From the NCBI GenBank assembly GCA_964584825.1, contig CAZPBI010000004.1, positions 1 through 37,173 on the forward strand: 37,173 nt of DNA. The letters run 5' to 3'. Position numbers and translations under genes: made by a program. Numbering within the stretch: position 1 is the stretch's first letter; each line of letters opens with the position of its first letter. Under the pieces are notes generated by a model. The model was not told where the DNA came from, did no database searches, and saw nothing but the letters and a program-made list of their open reading frames with translations. Origin of the DNA: Candidatus Woesearchaeota archaeon (GTDB lineage Archaea; Nanobdellota; Nanobdellia; SCGC-AAA011-G17; JACPIM01). This document shows, piece after piece, positions 31,400 to 37,173 of the stretch.

Positions 31400-32267
31400 A
31401 GAATTTGAGGAGGTAATAAACCTTCCAAAGTATATTCCCACAATTGTAGAAAAAAATATGCCTCATTTATTGTTAGTGGGAAGCCCTGGAACTGGGAAGA
31501 CGACAGTAGCAAGGATTATTATAAATAAATTAGGTGCGGAATATTTGGAATTAAATGCCTCTGATGAAAGAGGGATTGATGTAGTAAGGAATACAATAAA
31601 ACATTTCGCCTCTACACAATCATTTAACAATAAAATAAAAATAGTATTTTTAGACGAGTGCGATGGGATGACGCAAGAAGCAATGGAAAGCTTAAGAAAT
31701 ACAATTGAAAAATATAGTGGAGTTTGTAGGTTCATAGGCAGTGCAAATAATTTGAATAAAATTACTTCTGCTCTAAAAAGTAGATTTTCTGTTTTACAAT
31801 TTACTAATCCTCCTGAAGAAGATATAAGAAAAAGATTAGAGTATATTTTAAAACAAGAAGGTGCAATTTGTGACGATGAAATTTTGAAAAGAATAATTAA
31901 GCATTATTTTCCTGACATCCGTCAAATGATTAACGTGTTACAAATAAACGAAGATAAAGGAAAAATAGTTGAAAATAGAAATATTTTAAGTGAAAACATA
32001 ACACAAACTATTTACAATTATTTAAAAGCAAAAGCATTTCCAGCAATTAGGGAACGAATTGTTAAGAACGGAATTAATGTAAGTGAATTACTTGAGGGAT
32101 TAGAGGAAAGAATTTTTAATGATAATAGTATAACAACAGAAAAAAAGAAAAAATTGCTAATGTTTTTGTGTGAATGCAATCGTAATATATCAAGTGTTGC
32201 TATCCCAAGATTAGAATTTGAAGATTTTACATTAAAATTTATAAGTGAGTTAGGAGAAACAAAATGA
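31359..32267 (+). CDS. rfcS: Replication factor C small subunit (clamp loader AAA+)
   Basis: PWVEKYRPKEFEEVI (RFC box II), LLVGSPGTGKTT (Walker A), VFLDECDGMT (Walker B), ALKSRF (the SRC-motif position). It overlaps the PCNA gene by 41 nt. SD GAGGAGG. Confidence 0.9.
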   Translation: MEKIMPWVEKYRPKEFEEVINLPKYIPTIVEKNMPHLLLVGSPGTGKTTVARIIINKLGAEYLELNASDERGIDVVRNTIKHFASTQSFNNKIKIVFLDECDGMTQEAMESLRNTIEKYSGVCRFIGSANNLNKITSALKSRFSVLQFTNPPEEDIRKRLEYILKQEGAICDDEILKRIIKHYFPDIRQMINVLQINEDKGKIVENRNILSENITQTIYNYLKAKAFPAIRERIVKNGINVSELLEGLEERIFNDNSITTEKKKKLLMFLCECNRNISSVAIPRLEFEDFTLKFISELGETK

Positions 32268-32635
32268 CAGAAGATAAAATAAAAACCTTTGATGCATTGA
32301 GGGAATTATATGTTAATCCTAATCCCTCTATACTTCCTTTTGTAGAAAAAAATATTAATCCATATTTCTTTACTTTATATACGAGTTTTGATTATAATAA
32401 TAAACATAATACAAAACTTTTCAATAAATATTTGAATATTGATAAGAGTTTGTTTTGGAAATTGGTATTCCTCCACATAAAAAGGTGTGAGGTGTTTTAT
32501 TGGAATAAGGATTATATTAAAATGAAAAAAATAGAGGAAGATGAATTTAAGAATAAAGTAAAGAAGATATTTAATTGGAGTGAAAAAGAATGGAATTGTA
32601 ATAAGGCAGTTGTTATGAAAAAAATGAAAGAGTAA
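32264..32635 (+). CDS. 123-aa hypothetical protein translationally coupled to RFC-S (possible clamp-loader accessory subunit)
   Basis: ATGA overlap with the rfcS stop. Aromatic-rich and Lys-rich, with no motif recognised except a PIP-like EKNINPYF. Confidence 0.6.
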   Translation: MTEDKIKTFDALRELYVNPNPSILPFVEKNINPYFFTLYTSFDYNNKHNTKLFNKYLNIDKSLFWKLVFLHIKRCEVFYWNKDYIKMKKIEEDEFKNKVKKIFNWSEKEWNCNKAVVMKKMKE

Positions 32636-32753
32636 ACAGATTTAATAGGATTGTCAAATGAAGGAAGAAAGTGTTTAGAAATAGAGGAAATTAAATTTGA
32701 AAAAATAAATCCATTACAAAAAACCTTAGAGGGGTTTATATGAAGGTGGTCAA

Positions 32754-33422
32754 ATGTTTGTAACGGAAATTTTCTGCTCAACGGAAGGAGAGGGAATAAG
32801 AGTAGGAACTCCTGAGGTGTTTATAAGGTTTGCTGGATGTTCAATTGGTTGCCGTGCGTGCGATACACCTTACGCCTTAAATAAAGAAAATGGAAAAGAA
32901 ATGAGTGTAGAAGAAATTGTTGAGGAAATTGAAAAATATAAAATAAAAAATGTTGTATTGACAGGAGGTAGCCCCTTAGAACAAGAATTAGAGGAATTGA
33001 GGGAATTGATATATAAATTGAAAAGATATTATTATTATGTTGTGCTTGAAGAAAGTGGTCAAAAGTATGATAGCGAAATTTTTGATATTGTGGATTTTCT
33101 TTCTTTGGATATTAAAACCCCTAGTAGTGGAGTAAAAATTAATGAGGAAACTTTCTATTACATAATAAGTATGTTTAAGAAAAATAAATATCAATTTAAA
33201 ATGGTTGTTAGTGATGATAAAGATTGGGAGTTTGTAAAAAAGATTGTTAATAGATATGGAGATAAAAATTTTGTAGTGACCCCTTGTTGGAATATTAACC
33301 AAGAAAATGTAAATGTGGAATTAATAGAAAAAATATTGAAGGATTTGCAAGAAAATACATTACCTATCAGAATTATCGTACAGCAACATAAGTTGTTGTA
33401 CAAACATAAGAGAGGTGTATAA
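32754..33422 (+). CDS. queE: 7-carboxy-7-deazaguanine synthase (radical SAM)
   Basis: The N-terminal EIFCSTEGEGIRVGTPEVFIRFAGCSIGCRACDT carries the QueE-type C-x3-C-x2-C cluster motif and the preceding QGEG-like box. Confidence 0.85.
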   Translation: MFVTEIFCSTEGEGIRVGTPEVFIRFAGCSIGCRACDTPYALNKENGKEMSVEEIVEEIEKYKIKNVVLTGGSPLEQELEELRELIYKLKRYYYYVVLEESGQKYDSEIFDIVDFLSLDIKTPSSGVKINEETFYYIISMFKKNKYQFKMVVSDDKDWEFVKKIVNRYGDKNFVVTPCWNINQENVNVELIEKILKDLQENTLPIRIIVQQHKLLYKHKRGV

Positions 33423-33423
33423 G

Positions 33424-33600
33424 ATGATTTTATGTGAAGAATGTGGAACTTCAAACTGGGAAATAGTAATAGAAGATTTAGAAAAAAAAGGTGAAGAAGG
33501 TAAATTTTTTCTTTTACAATGTATAGAATGTAAAAGAACAGTAGCATTAGAAGGAAATCCACAAGATATTTTAAATGCTAAAAAGACGGAATTTATATGA
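33424..33600 (+). CDS. 58-aa zinc-ribbon protein
   Basis: The tracked start 33415 is GTG. ATG 33424 follows AGAGGTG. The Cys pairs are CEEC ... CIEC. Confidence 0.6.
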   Translation: MILCEECGTSNWEIVIEDLEKKGEEGKFFLLQCIECKRTVALEGNPQDILNAKKTEFI

Positions 33601-33611
33601 GGTGAAAGAAA

Positions 33612-33815
33612 ATGGAAGATATTGTAGAGAAAAAAGAAGGAAAAATAAGTTATGCAATTGAAAAAGGAGTAATCGTTCAATTAAATAAAACAACAAAAGG
33701 AACTTACTCATATGTGTTGAGAATTGGAGGTATTCCTAATTTTGCAGAGGCTTTAGACCAATTATTCGAGGCGAAAAGAAGATTAGAAGGGTTAATAAAG
33801 GAGGAAGTAAAATGA
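33612..33815 (+). CDS. 67-aa hypothetical protein
   Basis: SD GAGGTGA. The stop overlaps the queC ATG (ATGA). No motif recognised. Confidence 0.6.
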   Translation: MEDIVEKKEGKISYAIEKGVIVQLNKTTKGTYSYVLRIGGIPNFAEALDQLFEAKRRLEGLIKEEVK

Positions 33816-34552
33816 GTAAAAAAGCAGTATGTATTGTCAGCGGAGGGATGGACAGTGTAACTCTTCTACATAAAGCAGTTAAAGAATTAGGAAAAGAAAA
33901 TGTTAGTGTATTGAATTTCCATTATGGAAGCAAACATAATAATAGGGAAAGGCCTTTTGCAAAATTAAACGCAAAACTTTTAGGTGTTAAATATACAGAA
34001 ATAAATTTGGATTATATCAATAAATTATGGAAATCTGATTTATTGAAAAGTGGTGGAAAAATTCCAGAGGGGCATTATGCGCAAGATAATATGAAATTAA
34101 CTGTAGTGCCGTTTAGGAATGGAATAATGTTAGCAAATGCTGTAGGATTTGCAGAAAGTATAGGATTTAATGAAGTATGGTTAGGCAGCCATAAAGGAGA
34201 TAGGGCTCAGTATAAAGATTGTTCTAAGGAATTTACAAAAGCAATGAGTAAAGCAGCAGAGATAGGAACTGATAAAGGAATAAAAATTCTTTCTCCTTTT
34301 AATAATATAATGAAATCAGATATTGTAAAAATAGGAGTTGAATTAAAAGTTCCTTATGAAAAAACATTTAGTTGCTATGTTGGAGAAAAAAGGCCATGCT
34401 TGCGTTGTGGAACTGATGTTGAAAGAACTGAAGCATTTTATAAAAATAACATAAAAGACCCTCTTCTTACAATTAAGGAATGGGAAATAGCAGTTAGTTA
34501 TATGAAGAAAACATTAAAAGAATTTGATAAAAAACAAAAGGTAAAAATATGA
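33812..34552 (+). CDS. queC: 7-cyano-7-deazaguanine (preQ0) synthase
   Basis: PP-loop AVCIVSGGMDSVTLL. The C-terminal Cys cluster is SCYVGEKRPCLRCG. The length and order match QueC. Confidence 0.85.
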   Translation: MSKKAVCIVSGGMDSVTLLHKAVKELGKENVSVLNFHYGSKHNNRERPFAKLNAKLLGVKYTEINLDYINKLWKSDLLKSGGKIPEGHYAQDNMKLTVVPFRNGIMLANAVGFAESIGFNEVWLGSHKGDRAQYKDCSKEFTKAMSKAAEIGTDKGIKILSPFNNIMKSDIVKIGVELKVPYEKTFSCYVGEKRPCLRCGTDVERTEAFYKNNIKDPLLTIKEWEIAVSYMKKTLKEFDKKQKVKI

Positions 34553-34653
34553 AAAAGTGTTTTGTTTGTAGTGGAAGTAAAAAGACAAAAACATCTGTAA
34601 TGAGAAAGTATATTTGCAAACCGTGTTTTGAAAAGATTAAAGTGAAAAAATGA
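34549..34653 (+). CDS. 34-aa zinc-ribbon mini-protein (below ORF-track cutoff)
   Basis: MKKCFVCSGSKKTKTSVMRKYICKPCFEKIKVKK (CxxC ... CxxC). ATGA overlaps with queC upstream and the PRTase gene downstream. Confidence 0.5.
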   Translation: MKKCFVCSGSKKTKTSVMRKYICKPCFEKIKVKK

Positions 34654-35051
34654 ATAAAATGAGTAAGAAATTCATAACCTGGGAGGAAATGGACAGAGTT
34701 GTAGAGGATTTGGCAGAGAAGATTAGAAAAACAAAACATAAGTATAGTGCAATATACTTTGTTCCAAGAGGAGGAGCAATTCCTGCTGTAATGCTTTCAC
34801 ATAAATTAAATCTTCCATTTACACACTTACCAATAGATGAGAATATTTTAATTGTGGATGAAATTGTTGATGGAGGAAAGACATTATTATTCCATAAAAA
34901 GATATGTAGCAAATCCTCTAAATTTGCAAGTTGTTATGTGAAGGAATGTACTATTGAAAAACCAGACTTTTTTGTTGAGGAAATTCCAAAAAATATATGG
35001 TTGGTATTTCCATGGGAAACTGAAAAAACTTCGAGGAGAGATAACAAATGA
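34650..35051 (+). CDS. Xanthine-guanine phosphoribosyltransferase (Gpt)-like type-I PRTase
   Basis: ITWEEM, FVPRGGAIPAVMLSHKLN, the PRPP loop ILIVDEIVDGGKT and NIWLVFPWE are colinear with E. coli Gpt as I remember it (VTWDML, AVSRGGLVPGALLAREL, IVIDDLVDTGGT, DTWIEQPWD). Confidence 0.7.
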   Translation: MNKMSKKFITWEEMDRVVEDLAEKIRKTKHKYSAIYFVPRGGAIPAVMLSHKLNLPFTHLPIDENILIVDEIVDGGKTLLFHKKICSKSSKFASCYVKECTIEKPDFFVEEIPKNIWLVFPWETEKTSRRDNK

Positions 35052-35443
35052 AAGGAGAATATATTTTAAGTAAAAAGTTTGAAATTGCTGCATCACATAA
35101 GTTAGAAGATAAAAAACTAACATATGAAGAAAATAGAAAAATATTTAATCACTGTAATGATTTGCATGGCCACAGTTTTATTATAGAAATTTTGTTAAAA
35201 GGAAATAATTTAAACAATGGAATGCTGATAAATTTTAGCAAGTTAAAAGAATTTTTTGAAGAAAAAATAAAACCTTTTATAGACCATAAACATTTGAATG
35301 ATATACTTGTTTTACCTACATCAGAAAATTTAGCAAAGTTTATCTATACAATTTTTAAAGGAGAAAAAACCTTTTCAAAATTACTTTATGCAATTAGAGT
35401 ATATGAAAGTTTAAATTCATATATAGAGTATAAGGAGGAATAA
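35048..35443 (+). CDS. queD: 6-carboxy-5,6,7,8-tetrahydropterin synthase
   Basis: CNDLHGHSFIIEI (the Cys-x3-HGH catalytic/zinc motif of QueD/PTPS). The ~130-aa size fits. ATGA overlap upstream. Confidence 0.8.
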   Translation: MKGEYILSKKFEIAASHKLEDKKLTYEENRKIFNHCNDLHGHSFIIEILLKGNNLNNGMLINFSKLKEFFEEKIKPFIDHKHLNDILVLPTSENLAKFIYTIFKGEKTFSKLLYAIRVYESLNSYIEYKEE

Positions 35444-35446
35444 ATA

Positions 35447-35986
35447 ATGGAGGAAGAAATAAAAAAGATTTTAGAAGGAATAGGAGAAAATCCAGATAGA
35501 GAAGGATTAAAAGATACTCCAAAAAGAGTTGTAAAAAGTTTTGAAAAATTATATGGAGGATATAAAGATGATTATAAAAAACATTTAACAACTTTTGATG
35601 CTGAAGGTTATGATGGAGTGATTTTATTGAAAGACATTGAATTATATTCTACTTGCGAGCATCATATGCAAATTTTTGAGGGCAAGTGCCATATAGCTTA
35701 TGTCCCAAATGGAAAGATTATAGGAGTAAGTAAGTTGATTAGGATTATGGAAATATTTGCGAGGAGACTACAAATCCAAGAGCGTCTAACAAAACAAATT
35801 GCAGATGCCTTACAGGAAATTCTCAATCCTCTTGGATTGATGGTATATATTGAAGCACAACACTTCTGTATAAGAAGTAGAGGTGTAGAAAAACAAAATA
35901 GTGTAATGGTTACTTCTGTTCTAAAAGGAAAATTCTTAACGGAACCAGAAATGGAAATGAAAATTCTTCAAATGATTAAAAAATGA
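35447..35986 (+). CDS. folE: GTP cyclohydrolase I
   Basis: YSTCEHHMQIFEGKCHIAYVPNGKIIGVSKLIRIMEIFARRLQIQERLTKQIADAL matches the GCH-I core almost motif for motif. Confidence 0.9.
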   Translation: MEEEIKKILEGIGENPDREGLKDTPKRVVKSFEKLYGGYKDDYKKHLTTFDAEGYDGVILLKDIELYSTCEHHMQIFEGKCHIAYVPNGKIIGVSKLIRIMEIFARRLQIQERLTKQIADALQEILNPLGLMVYIEAQHFCIRSRGVEKQNSVMVTSVLKGKFLTEPEMEMKILQMIKK

Positions 35987-36002
35987 AAGGAGGTGTGTAA
36001 AA

Positions 36003-36134
36003 ATGGCGTTTGGTAAATATACAATTTCCTTCAAAGGATGCACAGATAGTATGGAAGATGTTTTCGGCAGTGAAGGCATTCCTCCTTCACAAATGATAAA
36101 GAGAATATGGGAATATGTAAAAGAGAAAAAATTG
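36003..36134 (+). CDS. 43-aa ORF with SWIB-like helix motif (below ORF-track cutoff)
   Basis: AGGAGGT SD. In MAFGKYTISFKGCTDSMEDVFGSEGIPPSQMIKRIWEYVKRKN, the segment V-x-G-x-x-x-x-P-x-x-x-x-x-K-x-[IL]-W-x-Y-[IV]-K resembles the first half of SWIB/MDM2 domains. This is weak. Confidence 0.3.
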
Positions 36135-36161
36135 AGCAGTAAGTAAAAGGAGGAGATAAAA

Positions 36162-36677
36162 ATGGAAGAAAAACCAAAAGAAGAAAATAGAGGAATAGAA
36201 GGAAGTCAGTGGAGTTATGGAAGTAAAATGGAAAGTTTTACAGAGGAGGAATTGAAAGAAAGGATAAAAAAAGCAATGGAGTATGAAATTCCAAATAAAA
36301 TTCGTCCTATTCCTTTTATGGGAAATGAAAGAGAATTAATCCGATATAGATACTCAGAATTAATAGCTCGTTGTCCGGTGACTGGGATTAGCGACATGTA
36401 CGACATACTGATTGACTTTATTCCCTCCAATACAATCCCAGAGTTAAAAAGTCTAAAAATTTATTTCTGGGCATATCAGCAACTTCCAATCTCTCACGAA
36501 CATTTAGCAGCAAAAGTCTATAACGACTTTACAAAAACAATAAATCCTAAAGAATGTAAACTAACATTACTTGTCAGTGAGAGAGGAGAATTAAGAACAT
36601 CAGTTGTGTTAGGAAAAATATCTCTACAAAACGGAGAAGGTTTTGATAGAGAATATATAAAACCTTATCAATGGTAA
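36162..36677 (+). CDS. queF: NADPH-dependent 7-cyano-7-deazaguanine reductase (preQ0 to preQ1), unimodular type
   Basis: The catalytic Cys context is LIARCPVTGISDMYD. QueF motif ELKSLKIYF, then SHEH. It is 171 aa with a charged N-terminal extension of about 40 aa. Confidence 0.8.
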   Translation: MEEKPKEENRGIEGSQWSYGSKMESFTEEELKERIKKAMEYEIPNKIRPIPFMGNERELIRYRYSELIARCPVTGISDMYDILIDFIPSNTIPELKSLKIYFWAYQQLPISHEHLAAKVYNDFTKTINPKECKLTLLVSERGELRTSVVLGKISLQNGEGFDREYIKPYQW

Positions 36678-36727
36678 GAAGAAAATATAGTATTAGGTAA
36701 ATGGGTTAGTGGTAAGAGGTTATTTAT

Positions 36728-37173
36728 ATGTATAGCCTAAAGGGAAGTTTAGAAAAGCAATTGGGTTATATATCCCATATTACACTAACTCCTTTAGATG
36801 TAGAGTTTAGTTTTAATGGAAAAGTGGAGAATTTTAAAATAACTCCTCCTTCTAAACTCTATATCTCTCCTAATTTTTTTAGAAGTGGTAAGTGTGAAAG
36901 ATGCGGAAAGTGTTGTAAAGTGGGGTATTGGTGTATATTTGGAGAAAAAGATATAGAAAAGGCTAAAAGTTTAGGTAATGAGGATTTAATAAAGAGAGTT
37001 AAAAAGTTAGATATAAAAATTAATAATATTCCTCATACTCTTTATGTTTTTAATATGGTGAATAATATTTGTCCATACTTGAAAATGGATGATGGTCTTT
37101 CTACTTGCCTTATACATAATTCCAAACCTCTACATTGTGAAATGCCACCAATAAAGTTGAAGAAAGGTAAGAA
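36728..37173 (+). CDS. YkgJ-type CxxCxxCC cysteine-cluster (zinc/iron-chelating) protein, partial (runs off the right edge)
   Basis: ATG 36728; the frame is open to nt 37173. It has CERCGKCCKVGYWC and a later CPYLKMDDGLSTCLIHNSKPLHCEMPP, which is the typical second half of this family. Confidence 0.6.
   Translation, partial: MYSLKGSLEKQLGYISHITLTPLDVEFSFNGKVENFKITPPSKLYISPNFFRSGKCERCGKCCKVGYWCIFGEKDIEKAKSLGNEDLIKRVKKLDIKINNIPHTLYVFNMVNNICPYLKMDDGLSTCLIHNSKPLHCEMPPIKLKKGK

Overview
AT-rich (about 30% GC by eye), gene-dense window. Genes are Shine-Dalgarno-led and often chained by ATGA start/stop overlaps. I read it as part of a virus, provirus or other extrachromosomal element of an archaeon. 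The grounds are an archaeo-eukaryotic PCNA, an RFC small subunit, an MCM/Orc-like AAA+ protein with a winged helix, AbrB- and RHH-type mini regulators, and surface proteins rich in N-x-S/T sequons. An island in a small AT-rich (DPANN-like) archaeal chromosome cannot be excluded. There are three modules. (i) 1-20618 is one leftward operon of about 26 genes, about 18 of them membrane or secreted proteins. It includes two tandem giant paralogous surface proteins, several Cys-rich type-I glycoprotein-like proteins, two membrane protease-like proteins and a probable major structural protein. (ii) 20619-25329 holds an AbrB-like regulator behind a palindromic operator, a prohibitin (SPFH) gene, a NUMOD3/Vsr-like homing endonuclease, small membrane proteins, and an RHH plus acidic-tail protein pair. 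(iii) 26152-37173 is a rightward operon: two AbrB-headed replication cassettes (AAA+ initiator/helicase-like, SSB-like, Sak4-like ATPase, PCNA, RFC-S) run directly into a complete GTP-to-preQ1 7-deazaguanine pathway (queE, queC, queD, folE, queF). That pathway is interleaved with a Gpt-like phosphoribosyltransferase and mini zinc-ribbon ORFs. Modules (ii) and (iii) diverge from a repeat-rich 0.8 kb non-coding region (25330-26151) that I propose as origin plus control hub. I recognised no tRNA, rRNA, CRISPR array, integrase, transposase, capsid/portal/terminase, DNA polymerase, primase or TGT/DpdA. All functional calls rest on motif recognition by eye; no database search was run. Several tracked ORFs start at GTG/TTG, and I moved those starts to SD-preceded ATGs where noted.
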